Positions 1 to 14,129 of a DNA stretch of 64,000 bases are shown here, piece by piece. The DNA is from Eledone cirrhosa. Lineage: Eukaryota. A program made the translations under genes and the position numbers. The stretch spans positions 1,364,001 to 1,428,000 of the forward strand of contig OZ024742.1 of the NCBI GenBank assembly GCA_964016885.1, written 5' to 3'. Position 1 is the stretch's first letter. Each line of letters starts with the position of its first letter. Below the pieces are notes generated by a model that was not told where the DNA came from, ran no database searches, and saw only the letters and a program-made list of their open reading frames with translations.

Positions 1-23
1 CACAGACCCTCCATCTCAACTCA

Positions 24-61
24 CCTTTTGAAAAGCAGAACTGCGAAACCACCGGTAAAGG
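24..61 (+). ncRNA. Minimal type I hammerhead ribozyme, U3:A8 core variant
   Basis: CCTT-TTGAAAA-GCAG(aa)CTGC-GAAA-CC(acc)GGT-A-AAGG. Helix I CCTT/AAGG, core UUGAAAA (C3-G8 replaced by U3-A8), helix II 4 bp, GAAA, helix III ACC/GGT, GUA cleavage triplet. Confidence 0.6.
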
Positions 62-143
62 AACCAAATAAATATATATATTTTTTTTTAAATAAGACTC
101 CAGTTGCATTTTCGATTTCATCTTTATTTCTTTATATATATAT

Positions 144-340
144 AATGATAGGGACCGGGGTCCCTATCATTCCACTGCAAAGTGGTCGTGTAGGTGCCAC
201 GGCAAAAAAGCACCCAGCACTCACTGTAAATGAGGTTGGTGTTAGGAAGGGGATCCAGCTGTAGAAATCAAGCCAGAATCAGTTCCCGTCCCACCCTTGC
301 AAGCAGGGAAAAGCGGACGTAAAATGAAATGAATGAATGA
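144..340 (+). mobile_element. 5'-truncated CORE-type SINE with RTE-derived tail
   Basis: Near-identical to the 3' two-thirds of the full copies at 54861, 55816 and 62416; ends in GCGGACGTAAAATGA-type tail. Confidence 0.85.
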
Positions 341-342
341 AG

Positions 343-372
<30 letters not shown>

Positions 373-375
<3 letters not shown>

Positions 376-745
376 ATTCCAGTTGCTAATCACTTTACCA
401 TGTCAGTTGTCACAAACAGTCATAGCCGGCATAGGCTGGGGTTTGAATTCTGTCGATCGATTGGTTATTGATTAGGCGATACCCACTGATGAAGCCACAT
501 AAGCCAATTATGCATTGTTGCATAATATATGCAGACAGAGGGTGCAGTGCACCTTACTTCTGCATTAAGTGTGGCCGAAACTCGAGTCCGGGAACTATTA
601 CAGGCACCCGTTTTACGTGTGTTGTATTGAAGCAAATAACTATGTGTATACTCTGGGAATGTATCTTACATTGCCTATTGAGTACGCTGAGATACAACCG
701 GTACTGGCATTGATAAATATGCTGGGTCAATTCAACTCATTATAT
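373..745 (+). mobile_element. Penelope-like pseudo-LTR fragment carrying a hammerhead (copy 1)
   Basis: About 370 bp duplicated at 55436-55800, flanked by (TA)n, contains a hammerhead motif. The PLE assignment is inference from the known hammerhead-PLE association. Confidence 0.6.
482..592 (+). ncRNA. Type I hammerhead ribozyme with extended branched helix II
   Basis: CCCA-CTGATGA-AGCCACA...TGTGGCC-GAAA-CTCGAGT-C-CGGG. Palindromic helix III ACTCGAGT, GUC triplet. The helix II insert holds hairpins ATTATGCA/TGCATAAT and ATGCAGA/TCTGCAT. A.C mismatch next to the cleavage site. Confidence 0.7.
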
Positions 746-864
746 ATATATACATAACGCTTGGCTCCACAGTATTTTATATCTCTCTCTCATATATGTG
801 CATAAACATATATATACAGTGGCGGACTGGGTCTAAAATATTGGTAGCCAGGAGATGAAGGAGG

Positions 865-3552
865 CCCACGTACAATTAGAATGAAGGGGCTCACCGACAT
901 ATAGAATAAAAGGGTCCCACCGACATATATAATAAAGGGGCCGCACCTACATATAGAATGAAGGGGGCCCCACCTACATATAGAATGAAGGGGGCCGACC
1001 TACATAGAATAAAGGGAGCCGACCGACATATAGAATGAAGGGAGCCGACCGACATATAGAATGAAGGGAGCCGACCGACATATAGAATGAAGGGAGCCCA
1101 CCTACATATAGAATGAAGGGGGCCCACCTACATATAGAATGAAGGGGGCCCACCTACATTTAGAATGAAGGGGGCCCACCTACATATAGAATGTAGGGGG
1201 CCCACCTACATATAGAATGAAGGGGCCCACCTACATATAGAATGACGGGGCCCACCTACATATAGAATGAAGGGGCCCCACCGACATAGAATAAAGGGGC
1301 CCCACCGACATATAGAATGAAGGGCCCCACCGACATACAGAATGAAGGGGCCCCACCTACATACAGAATGAAGGGGCCCCACCTACATATAGAATGAAGG
1401 GGCCCCACCGACATATAGAATGAAGGGGGCCACCTACATATAGAATGAAGGGGGCCACCTACATATAGAATGACGGGGGCCCACCTACATATAGAATGAA
1501 GGGGGCCGCCTGCATAGAATAAAGGGGGCCACCTACATATAGAATGAAGGGAGCCCACCTACATATAGAATGAAGGGGCCACCTACATATAGATGGGGCC
1601 ACCTACATATAGAATGAAGGGGGCCACCTACATGTAGAATGAAGGGGTCCACCTACATATAGAATGAAGGGGGCCACCTACATATAGAATGAAGGGGCCC
1701 CAATGACATATAGAATGAAGGGGCCCCACTGACATATAGAATGAAGGGGGCCACCTACATATAGAATGAAGGGGGCCACCGACATATAGAATGAAGGGGG
1801 CCACCAACATATAGAATGAAGGGGCCCCAATGACATAGAATGAAGGGGCCCCACTGACATGTAGAATGAAGGGGGCCCACCTACATATAGAATGAAGGGG
1901 GCCACCTACATATAGAATGAAGGGGGCCACCTATATATAGATTGAAGGGGGCCACCTACATATAGAATGAAGGCGGCCACCTACATACAGAAAGGGGGCC
2001 CACCTACATATAGAATGAAGGGGGCCACCTACATATAGAATGAAGGGGGCCCACCTACGTATAGAATGAAGGAGGCCCACCTACATATAGAATGAAGGGG
2101 GCCACCTACATATAGAATGAAGGGGCCCCACCGATATATAGAATGAAGGGGCCTCACCTACATATAGAATGAAGGGGGCCACCTACATATAGAATGAAGG
2201 GGGCCCACCTACGTATAGAATGGAGGCCCACCTACATATAGAATGAAGGGGCCCACCTACATATAGAATGAAGGGGACCACCTACATATAGAATGAAGGG
2301 GCCCCACCGATATATAGAATGAAGGGGCCTCACCTACATATAGAATGAAGGGGGCCACCTACATATAGAATGAAGGGGGCCACCTACATATAGAATGAAG
2401 GGGCCCCACCGATATATAGAATGAAGGGGCCTCACCTACATATAGAATGAAGGGGGCCACCTACATATAGAATGAAGGGGGCCACCTACATATAGAATGA
2501 AGGGGCCCCACCGATATATAGAATGAAGGGGCCTCACCTACATATAGAATGAAGGGGGCCACCTACATATAGAATGAAGGGGGCCACCTACATATAGAAT
2601 GAAGGGGCCCCACCGATATATAGAATGAAGGGGCCTCACCTACATATAGAATGAAGGGGGCCACCTACATATAGAATGAAGGGGGCCCACCTACGTATAG
2701 AATGAAGGAGGCCCACCTACATATAGAATGAAGGGGCCCACCTACATATAGAATGAAGGGGGCCACCTACATATAGAATGAAGGGGTCCCACCGATATAT
2801 AGAATGAAGGGGCCTCACCTACATATAGAATGAAGGGGGCCACCTACATATAGAATGAAGGGTGCCACCTACATATAGAATGAAGGGGGCCACCTACATA
2901 TAGAATGAAGGGGCGCCCACCTACATATAGAATGAAGGGGGCGCTCACCTACATATAGAATGAAGGGGGCCACCTACATATAGATGATGGGGCCACCTAC
3001 ATATAGAATGAAGGAGGCCCACCTACATATAGAATGAAGGGGGCCACCTACATATAGATGATGGGGCCACCGACATATAGAATGAAGGAGGCCCACATAC
3101 ATATAGAATGAATGGGGGGGCCACCGACATATAGAATAAAGGGGCCCCACCAACATATAGAATGAAGAGGCCCCACCGACATATAGAATAAAGAGGCCCC
3201 ACCGACATATAGAATGAAGAGGCCCCACCGACATATAGAATGAAGAGGCCCCACCAACATATAGAATGAAGGGGGCCACCTACATATAGAATGAAGGAGA
3301 CCCACCTACATATAGAATGAAGGAGGACCACCTACATAGAGAATGAAGGGGGCCCACCTACATATAGAATGAAGGGGCCCACCTACATATAGAATGAAGG
3401 GGGCCACCTACATATAGAATGAAGGGGCCCCACCGATATATAGAATGAAGGAGGAGCCCACCTACATATAGAATGAATGGGGCCCACCTACATATAGAAT
3501 GAAGGGGGCCACCTACATATAGATGATGGGGCCACCTACATATAGAATGAAA
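865..3552. repeat. Satellite, ~25-27 bp unit CCACCTACATATAGAATGAAGGGGG(C)
   Basis: About 100 tandem copies with variable G/C runs. Confidence 0.97.
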
Positions 3553-6500
3553 TGGAACTGTGTCAGTGACCAAGTGGAAACAGTGGAACTGTGAGAGTGA
3601 CCAAGTGGCAAACAGTGGAACTGTGTGAGAGACCAAGTGGCAAACAGTGGACTGTGTCAGTGACCAAGTGGCAAACAGTGGAACTGTGTCAGTGACCAAG
3701 TGGAAACAGTGGAACTGTGAGAGTGACCAAGTGGCAAACAGTGGAACTGTGTGAGAGACCAAGTGGCAAACAGTGGACTGTGTCAGTGACCAAGTGGCAA
3801 ACAGTGGAACTGTGTCAGTGACCAAGTGGAAACAGTGGAACTGTGAGAGTGACCAAGTGGCAAACAGTGGAACTGTGTGAGAGACCAAGTGGCAAACAGT
3901 GGACTGTGTCAGTGACCAAGTGGCAAACAGTGGAACTGTGTCAGTGACCAAGTGGAAACAGTGGAACTGTGAGAGTGACCAAGTGGCAAACAGTGGAACT
4001 GTGTGAGAGACCAAGTGGCAAACAGTGGACTGTGTCAGTGACCAAGTGGCAAACAGTGGAACTGTGTCAGTGACCAAGTGGAAACAGTGGAACTGTGAGA
4101 GTGACCAAGTGGCAAACAGTGGAACTGTGTGAGAGACCAAGTGGCAAACAGTGGACTGTGTCAGTGACCAAGTGGCAAACAGTGGAACTGTGTCAGTGAC
4201 CAAGTGGCAAACAGTGGAACTGTGTCAGTGACCAAGTGGCAAACATTGGAACTGTGTCAGTAACCAAGTGGTAAACAGTGGAACTGTGTCAGTGACCAAG
4301 TGGCAAACAGTGGAACTGTGTCAGTGACCAAGTGGCAAACAGTGGAACTGTGTCAGTGACCAAGTGGCAAACAGTGGACTGTCAGTGACCAAGTGGCAAA
4401 CAGTGGAACTGTGTCAGTGACCAAGTGGCAAACAGTGGGCTGTCAGTGACCAAGTGGCAAACAGTGGAACTGTGTCAGTGACCAAGTGGCAAACAGTGGA
4501 ACTGTGTCAGTGACCAAGTGGCAAACAGTGGAACTGTGTCAGTGACCAAGTGGCAAACAGTGGAACTGTGTCAGTGACCAAGTGGCAAACAGTGGACTGT
4601 CAGTGACCAAGTGGCAAACAGTGGTACTGTGTCAGTGACCAAGTGGTAAACAGTGGTACTGTGTCAGTGACCAAGTGGCAAACAGTGGAACTGTGTCAGT
4701 GACCAAGTGGCAAACAGTGGAACTGTGTCAGTGACCAAGTGGCAAACAGTGGACTGTCAGTGACCAAGTGGCAAACAGTGGACTGTGTGAGAGACCAAGT
4801 GGCAAACAGTGGAACTGTGTCAGTGACCAAGTGGCAAACAGTGGAACTGTGTCAGTGACCAAGTGGCAAACAGTGGAACTGTGTCAGTGACCAAGTGGCA
4901 AACAGTGGAACTGTGTCAGTGACCAAGTGGCAAACAGTGGACTGTCAGTGACCAAATGACAAACAGTGGAACTGTGTCAGTGACCAAGTGGCAAACAGTG
5001 GTACTGTGTCAGTGACCAAGTGGCAAACAGTGGAAATGTGTCAGTGACCAAGTGGCAAACAGTGGAACTGTGTCAGTGACCAAGTGGCAAACAGTGGAAC
5101 TGTGTCAGTGACCAAGTGGCAAACAGCGGTACTGTCGGTGACCAAGTGGCAAACAGTGGTACTGTGTCAGTGACCAAGTGGCAAACAGTGGACTGTGTCA
5201 GTGACCAAGTGGCAAACAGTAGAACTGTGTCAGTGACCAAGTGGCAAACAGTGGAACTGTGTCAGAGACCAAGTGGCAAACAGTAGAACTGTGTCAGTGA
5301 CCAAGTGGCAAACAGTGGACTGTCAGTGACCAAGTGGCAAACAGTGGAACTGTGTCAGTGACCAAGTGGCACACAGTGGAACTGTGTCAGTGACCAAGTG
5401 GCAAACAGTGGAACTGTGTCAGTGACCAAGTGGCAAACAGTGGAACTGTGTCAGTGACCAAGTGGCAAACAGTGGAACTGTGTCAGTGACCAAGTGGCAA
5501 ACAGTGGTACTGTGTCAGTGACCAAGTGGCAAACAGTGGTACTGTGTCAGTGACCAAGTGGCAAACAGTGGAACTGTGTCAGTGACCAAGTGGCAAACAG
5601 TGGAACTGTGTCAGTGACCAAGTGGCAAACAGTGGTACTGTGTCAGTGACCAAGTGGCAAACAGTGGAACTGTGTCAGTGACCAAGTGGCAAACAGTGGA
5701 ACTGTGTCAGTGACCAAGTGGCAAACAGTGGAACTGTGTCAGTGACCAAGTGGCAAACAGTGGACTGTCAGTGACCAAGTGGCAAACAGTGGAACTGTGT
5801 CAGTGACCAAGTGGCAAACAGTGGAACTGTGTCAGTGACCAAGTGGCAAACATTGGAACTGTGTCAGTGACCAAGTGGCAAACATTGGAACTGTGTCAGT
5901 GACCAAGTGGCAAACAGTGGACTGTCAGTGACCAAGTGGCAAACAGTGGAACTGTGTCAGTGACCAAGTGGCAAACAGTGGAACTGTGTCAGTGACCAAG
6001 TGGCAAACATTGGAACTGTGTCAGTGACCAAGTGGCAAACATTGGAACTGTGTCAGTGACCAAGTGGCAAACAGTGGACTGTGTCAGTGACCAAGTGGCA
6101 AACAGTGGACTGTCAGTGACCAAGTGGCAAACAGTGGAACTGTGTCAGTGACCAAGTGGCAAACAGTGGAACTGTGTGAGAGACCAAGTGGCAAACAGTG
6201 GACTGTCAGTGACCAAGTGGCAAACAGTGGAACTGTGTCAGTGACCAAGTGGCAAACATTGGAACTGTGTCAGTGACCAAGTGGCAAACAGTGGACTGTG
6301 TCAGTGACCAAGTGGCAAACAGTGGACTGTCAGTGACCAAGTGGCAAACAGTGGAACTGTGTCAGTGACCAAGTGGCAAACAGTGGACTGTCAGTGACCA
6401 AGTGGCAAACAGTGGAACTGTGTCAGAGACCAAGTGGCAAACAGTGGAACTGTGTCAGTGACCAAGTGGCAAACATTGGAACTGTGTCAGTGACCAAGTG

Positions 6501-9500
6501 GAAAACAGTGGAACTGTGTCAGTGACCAAGTGGCAAACAGTGGAACTGTGTCAGTGACCAAGTGGCAAACAGTGGAACTGTGTCAGTGACCAAGTGGCAA
6601 ACAGTGGACTGTGTCAGTGACCAAGTGGCAAACAGTGGACTGTCAGTGACCAAGTGGCAAACAGTGGAACTTTGTCAGTGACCAAGTGGCAAACAGTGGA
6701 TTGTCAGTGACCAAGTGGCAAACATTGGAACTGTGTCAGTGACCAAGTGGCAAACAGTGGAACTGTGTCAGTGACCAAGTGGCAAACAGTGGACTGTCAG
6801 TGACCAAGTGGCAAACAGTGGTACTGTGTCAGTGACCAAGTGGTAAACAGTGGTACTGTGTCAGTGACCAAGTGGTAAACAGTGGTACTGTGTCAGTAAC
6901 CAAGTGGTAAACAGTGGAACTGTGTCAGTAACCAAGTGGCAAACAGTGGACTGTCAGTGACCAAGTGGCAAACAGTGGTACTGTGTCAGTGACCAAGTGG
7001 CAAACAGTGGAACTGTGTCAGTGACCAAGTGGCAAACAGTGGAACTGTGTCAGTGACCAAGTGGCAAACAGTGGACTGTCAGTGACCAAGTGGCAAACAG
7101 TGGAACTGTGAGAGTGACCAAGTGGCAAACAGTGGAACTGTGTCAGTGACCAAGTGGCAAACAGTGGACTGTCAGTGACCAAGTGGCAAACAGTGGACTG
7201 TCAGTGACCAACTTACAAACAGTGGAACTGTGTCAGTGACCAAGTGGCAAACAGTGGAACTGTGAGAGTGACCAAGTGGCAAACAGTGGACTGTGTCAGT
7301 GACCAAGTGGCAAACAGTGGAACTGTGTCAGTGACAAAGTGGCAAACAGTGGAACTGTGTCAGTGACCAAGTGGCAAACAGTGGAACTGTGAGAGTGACC
7401 AAGTGGCAAACAGTGGAACTGTGTCAGTGACCAAGTGGCAAACAGTGGACTGTCAGTGACCAAGTGGCAAACTGTTGACTGTCAGTGACCAAGTGGCAAA
7501 CAGTGGAACTGTGTCAGTGACCAAGTGGCAAACAGTGGACTGTGTCAGTGACCAAGTGGCAAACAGTGGAACTGTGTCAGTGACCAAGTGGCAAACAGTG
7601 GAACTGTGTCAGTGACCAAGTGGCAAACAGTGGACTGTGTCAGTGACCAAGTGGCAAACAGTGGAACTGTGTCAGTGACCAAGTGGCAAACAGTGAAACT
7701 GTGTCAGTGACCAAGTGGTAAACAGTGGAACTGTGTCAGTGACCAAGTGGCAAACAGTGGAACTGTGTCAGTGACCAAGTGGCAAACAGTGGAACTGTGT
7801 CAGTGACCAAGTGGCAAACAGTGGACTGTGTCAGTGACCAAGTGGCAAACAGTGGAACTGTGTCAGTGACCAAGTGGCAAACAGTGGAACTGTGTCAGTG
7901 ACCAAGTGGCAAACAGTGGAACTGTCAGTGACCAAGTGGCAAACTGGTACTGTGTCAGTGACCAAGTGGCAAACAGTGGAACTGTGTCAGTGACCAAGTG
8001 GCAAACAGTGGACTGTCAGTGACCAAGTGGCAAACAGTGGACTGTCAGTGACCAAGTTGCAAATAGTGGAACTGTGTCAGTGACCAAGTGGCAAACAGTG
8101 GAACTGTGAGAGTGACCAAGTGGCAAACAGTGGACTGTGTCAGTGACCAAGTGGCAAACAGTGGAACTGTGTCAGTGACAAAGTGGCAAACAGTGGAACT
8201 GTGTCAGTGACCAAGTGGCAAACAGTGGAACTGTGTCAGTGACCAAGTGGCAAACAGTGGAACTGTGAGAGTGACCAAGTGGCAAACAGTGGAACTGTGT
8301 CAGTGACCAAGTGGCAAACAGTGGACTGTCAGTGACCAAGTGGCAAACAGTGGACTGTCAGTGACCAAGTGGCAAACAGTGGAACTGTGTCAGTGACCAA
8401 CTGGCAAACAGTGGACTGTGTCAGTGACCAAGTGGCAAACAGTGGAACTGTGTCAGTGACCAAGTGGCAAACAGTGGAACTGTGTCAGTGACCAAGTGGC
8501 AAACAGTGGACTGTCAGTGACCAAGTGGCAAACAGTGGACTGTCAGTGACCAAGTGGCAAACAGTGGACTGTGTCAGTGACCAAGTGGCAAACAGTGGAA
8601 CTGTGTCAGTGACCAAGTGGCAAACAGTGGACTGTCAGTGACCAAGTGGCAAACAGTGGTACTGTGTCAGTGACCGAGTGGCAAACAGTGGAACTGTGTC
8701 AGTGACCAAGTGGCAAACAGTGGAACTGTGTCAGCAACCAAGTGGCAAACAGTGGACTGTATCAGTGACCAAGTGGCAAACAGTGGAACTGTGTCAGTGA
8801 CCAAGTGGCAAACAGTGGTACTGTGTCAGTGACCAAGTGGCAAACAGTGAAACTGTGTCAGTGACCAAGTGGCAAACAGTGGAACTGTGTCAGTGACCAA
8901 GTGGCAAACAGTGGACTGTCAGTGACCAAGTGGCAAACAGTGAAACTGTGTCAGTGACCAAGTGGCAAACAGTGGTACTGTGTCAGTGACCAAGTGGCAA
9001 ACAGTGGTACTGTGTCAGTGACCAAGTGGCAAACAGTGGAACTGTGTCAGTGACCAAGTGGCAAACAGTGGAACTGTGTCAGTGACCAAGTGGCAAACAG
9101 TGGAACTGTGTCAGTGACCAAGTGGCAAACAGTGAAACTGTGTCAGTGACCAAGTGGCAAACAGTGGTACTGTGTCAGTGACCAAGTGGCAAACAGTGGT
9201 ACTGTGTCAGTGACCAAGTGGCAAACAGTGGAACTGTGTCAGTGACCAAGTGGCAAACAGTGGACTGTCAGTGACCAAGTGGCAAACAGTGGAACTGTGT
9301 CAGTGACCAAGTGGCAAACAGTGAAACTGTGTCAGTGACCAAGTGGCAAACAGTGGACTGTGTCAGTGACCAAGTGGCAAACAGTGGACTGTCAGTGACC
9401 AAGTGGCAAACAGTGGAACTGTGTCAGTGACCAAGTGGCAAACAGTGGAACTTTGTCAGTGACCAAGTGGCAAACAGTGGAACTGTGTCAGTGACCAATT

Positions 9501-12500
9501 GGCAAACAGTGGAACTGTGTCAGTGACCAATTGGCAAACAGTGGAACTGTGTCAGTGACCAAGTGGAAAACAGTGGACTGTGTCAGTGACCAAGTGGCAA
9601 ACATTGGAACTGTGTCAGTGACCAAGTGGCAAACAGTGGAACTGTGTCAGTGACCAAGTGGCAAACAGTGGAACTGTGTCAGTGACCAAGTGGCAAACAG
9701 TGGTACTGTGTCAGTGACCAAGTGGCAAACAGTGGAACTGTGTCAGTGACCAAGTGGCAAACAGTGGAACTGTGTCAGTAACCAAGTGGCAAACAGTGGA
9801 CTGTGTCAGTGACCAAGTGGCAAACAGTGGAACTGTGTCAGTGACCAAGTGGCAAACAGTGGAACTGTCAGTGACCAAGTGGCAAACAGTGGTACTGTGT
9901 CAGTGACCAAGTGGAAAACAGTGGAACTGTGTCAGTGACCAAGTGGCAAACAGTGGAACTGTGTCAGTGACCAAGTGGCAAACAGTGGAACTGTGTCAGT
10001 GACCAAGTGGTAAACAGTGGAACTGTGTCAGTAACCAAGTGACAAACAGTGGAACTGTGTCAGTGACCAAGTGGCAAACAGTGGACTGTCAGTGACCAAG
10101 TGGCAAACAGTGGAACTGTGTCAGTGACCAAGTGGCAAACAGTGGACTGTCAGTGACCAAGTGGCAAACAGTGGAACTGTGTCAGTGACCAAGTGGCAAA
10201 CAGTGGAACTGTGTCAGTGACCAAGTGGCAAACAGTGGACTGTCAGTGACCAAGTAGCAAACAGTGGAACTGTGTCAGTGACCAAGTGGCAAACAGTGGA
10301 ACTGTGTCAGTGAACAAGTGGCAAACAGTGGAACTGTGTCAGTGACCAAGTGGCAAACAGTGGAACTGTGTCAGTAACCAAGTGACAAAAAGTGGAACTG
10401 TGTCAGTGACCAAGTGGCAAACAGTGGAACTGTGTCAGTGACCAAGTGGCAAACAGTGGTACTGTGTCAGTGACCAAGTGGCAAACAGTGGAACTGTGTC
10501 AGTGACCAAGTGGTAAACAGTGGTACTGTGTCAGTGACCAAGTGGCAAACAGTGGAACTGTGTCAGTGACCAAGTGGCAAACAGTGGAACTGTGTCAGTG
10601 ACCAAGTGGCAAACAGTGGTACTGTGTCAGTGACCAAGTGGCAAACAGTGGAACTGTGTCAGTGACCAAGTGGCAAACAGTGGACTGTCAGTGACCAAGT
10701 GGCAAACAGTGGTACTGTGTCAGTGACCAAGTGGCAAACAGTGGAACTGTGTCAGTAACCAAGTGGTAAACAGTGGACTGTCAGTGACCAAGTGGCAAAC
10801 AGTGGACTGTCAGTGACCAAGTGGCAAACAGTGGACTGTTAGTGACCAAGTGGCAAACAGTGAAACTGTGTCAGTGACCAAGTGGCAAACAGTGGAACTG
10901 TGTCAGTGACCAAGTGGCAAACAGTGGACTGTCAGTGACCAAGTGGCAAACAGTGGAACTGTGTCAGTGACCAAGTGGCAAACAGTGGAACTGTGTCAGT
11001 GACCAAGTGGCAAACAGTGGAACTGTGTCAGTGACCAAGTGGCAAACAGTGGAACTGTGTCAGTGACCAAGTGGCAAACAGTGGACTGTCAGTGACCAAG
11101 TGGCAAACAGTGGAACTGTGTCAGTGACCAAGTGGCAAACAGTGGAACTGTGTCAGTGACCAAGTGGCAAACAGTGGACTGTCAGTGACCAAGTGGCAAA
11201 CAGTGGAACTGTGTCAGTGACCAAGTGGCAAACAGTGGAACTGTGTCAGTGACCAAGTGGCAAACAGTGGAACTGTGTCAGTGACCAAGTGGCAAACAGT
11301 GGACTGTCAGTGACCAAGTGACAAACAGTGGAACTGTGTCAGTGACCAAGTGGCAAACAGTGGAACTGTGTCAGTGACCAAGTGGCAAACAGTGGACTGT
11401 CAGTGACCAAGTGGCAAACAGTGGAACTGTGTCAGTGACCAAGTGGCAAACAGTGGAACTGTGTCAGTGAACAAGTGGCAAACAGTGGAAATGTGTCAGT
11501 GACCAAGTGGCAAACAGTGGTACTGTGTCAGTGACCAAGTGGCAAACAGTGGACTGTTAGTGACCAAGTGGCAAACAGTGAAACTGTGTCAGTGACCAAG
11601 TGGCAAACAGTGGAACTGTGTCAGTGACCAAGTGGCAAACAGTGGAACTGTGTCAGTGACCAAGTGGCAAACAGTGGAACTGTGTCAGTGACCAAGTGGC
11701 AAACAGTGGACTGTCAGTGACCAAATGACAAACAGTGGAACTGTGTCAGTGACCAAGTGGCAAACAGTGGAACTGTGTCAGTGACCAAGTGGCAAACAGT
11801 GGAACTGTGTCAGTGACCAAGTGGCAAACAGTGGAACTGTGTCAGTGACCAAGTGGCAAACAGTGGACTGTCAGTGACCAATTGGCAAACAGTGGAACTG
11901 TGTCAGTGACCAAGTGGTAAACAGTGGAACTGTGTCAGTGACCAAGTGGCAAACAGTGGAACTGTGTCAGTGACCAAGTGGCAAACAGTGGACTGTGTCA
12001 GTGACCAAGTGGCAAACAGTGGAACTGTGTCAGTGACCAAGTGGCAAACAGTGGAACTGTGTCAGTGACCAAGTGGCAAACAGTGGAACTGTGTCAGTGA
12101 CCAAGTGGCAAACAGTGGAACTGTGTCAGTGACCAAGTGGCAAACAGTGGAACTGTGTCAGTGACCAAGTGGCAAACAGTGGAACTGTGTCAGTGACCAA
12201 GTGGCAAACAGTGGACTGTCAGTGACCAAGTGGCAAACAGTGGACTGTCAGTGACCAAGTGGCAAACAGTGGACTGTCAGTGACCAAGTGGCAAACAGTG
12301 GAACTGTGTCAGTGACCAAGTGGTAAACAGTGGAACTGTGTCAGTGACCAAGTGGCAAACAGTGGAACTGTGTCAGTGACCAAGTGGCAAACAGTGGAAC
12401 TGTGTCAGTGACCAAGTGGCAAACAGTGGACTGTCAGTGACCAAGTGGCAAACAGTGGACTGTCAGTGACCAAGTGGCAAACAGTGGACTGTCAGTGACC

Positions 12501-14037
12501 AAGTGGCAAACAGTGGAACTGTGTCAGTGACCAAGTGGTAAACAGTGGAACTGTGTCAGTGACCAAGTGGCAAACAGTGGAACTGTGTCAGTGACCAAGT
12601 GGCAAACAGTGGACTGTCAGTGACCAAGTGGCAAACAGTGGAACTGTGTCAGTGACCAAGTGGCAAACAGTGGAACTGTGTCAGTGACCAAGTGGCAAAC
12701 AGTGGACTGTCAGTGACCAAGTGGCAAACAGTGGAACTGTGTCAGTGACCAAGTGGCAAACAGTGGAACTGTGTCAGTGACCAAGTGGCAAACAGTGGAC
12801 TGTCAGTGACCAAGTGGCAAACAGTGGACTGTCAGTGACCAAGTGGCAAACAGTGGAACTGTGTCAGTGACCAAGTGGCAAACAGTGGAACTGTGTCAGT
12901 GACCAAGTGGCAAACAGTGGAACTGTGTCAGTGACCAAGTGGCAAACAGTGGACTGTGTCAGTGACCAAGTGGCAAACAGTGGACTGTCAGTGACCAAGT
13001 GGCAAACAGTGGACTGTCAGTGACCAAGTGGCAAACAGTGGACTGTCAGTGACCAAGTGGCAAACAGTGGAACTGTGTCAGTGACCAAGTGGCAAACAGT
13101 GGAACTGTGTCAGTGACCAAGTGGCAAACAGTGGTATTGTGTCAGTGACCAAGTGGCAAACAGTGGAACTGTGTCAGTGACCAAGTGGCAAACAGTGGAA
13201 CTGTGTCAGTGACCAAGTGGCAAACAGTGGACTGTCAGTGACCAAGTGGCAAACAGTGGAACTGTGTCAGTGACCAAGTGGTAAACAGTGGAACTGTGTC
13301 AGTGACCAAGTGGCAAACAGTGGAACTGTGTCAGTGACCAAGTGGCAAACAGTGGACTGTCAGTGACCAAGTGGCAAACAGTGGACTGTCAGTGACCAAG
13401 TGGCAAACAGTGGACTGTCAGTGACCAAGTGGCAAACAGTGGAACTGTGTCAGTGACCAAGTGGTAAACAGTGGAACTGTGTCAGTGACCAAGTGGCAAA
13501 CAGTGGAACTGTGTCAGTGACCAAGTGGCAAACAGTGGACTGTCAGTGACCAAGTGGCAAACAGTGGAACTGTGTCAGTGACCAAGTGGCAAACAGTGGA
13601 ACTGTGTCAGTGACCAAGTGGCAAACAGTGGACTGTCAGTGACCAAGTGGCAAACAGTGGAACTGTGTCAGTGACCAAGTGGCAAACAGTGGAACTGTGT
13701 CAGTGACCAAGTGGCAAACTGTGGACTGTCAGTGACCAAGTGGCAAACAGTGGACTGTCAGTGACCAAGTGGCAAACAGTGGAACTGTGTCAGTGACCAA
13801 GTGGCAAACAGTGGAACTGTGTCAGTGACCAAGTGGCAAACAGTGGAACTGTGTCAGTGACCAAGTGGCAAACAGTGGACTGTCAGTGACCAAGTGGCAA
13901 ACAGTGGAACTGTGTCAGTGACCAAGTGGCAAACAGTGGAACTGTGTCAGTGACCAAGTGGCAAACAGTGGAACTGTGTCAGTGACCAAGTGGCAAACAG
14001 TGGAACTGTGTCAGTGACCAAGTGGCAAACAGTGGAA
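3553..14037. repeat. Satellite, 32 bp unit GTGACCAAGTGGCAAACAGTGGAACTGTGTCA (29/31 bp variants)
   Basis: About 10.5 kb uninterrupted tandem array; the first ~630 bp is a 126-bp four-monomer higher-order repeat. Confidence 0.98.
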
Positions 14038-14129
14038 CAAAGATGTTGACCCCAATAAATGTGAAGGAAATTGAACAGTTTTGTGTTTTTGAATTATTAA
14101 ATGACTCTTCTATGATGTAATTGTTTTAG

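Noticed and set aside
891-4203. Minus-strand repetitive ORFs
   Set aside because: Artefacts of stop-poor satellite units.
3553-14037. CRISPR-like 29-32 bp periodicity
   Set aside because: Units are contiguous with no unique spacers, there are no cas genes, and the context is eukaryotic.
14038-14060. Additional exon at the end of the 32-bp satellite
   Set aside because: No donor in the phase needed to join the 14130 exon.
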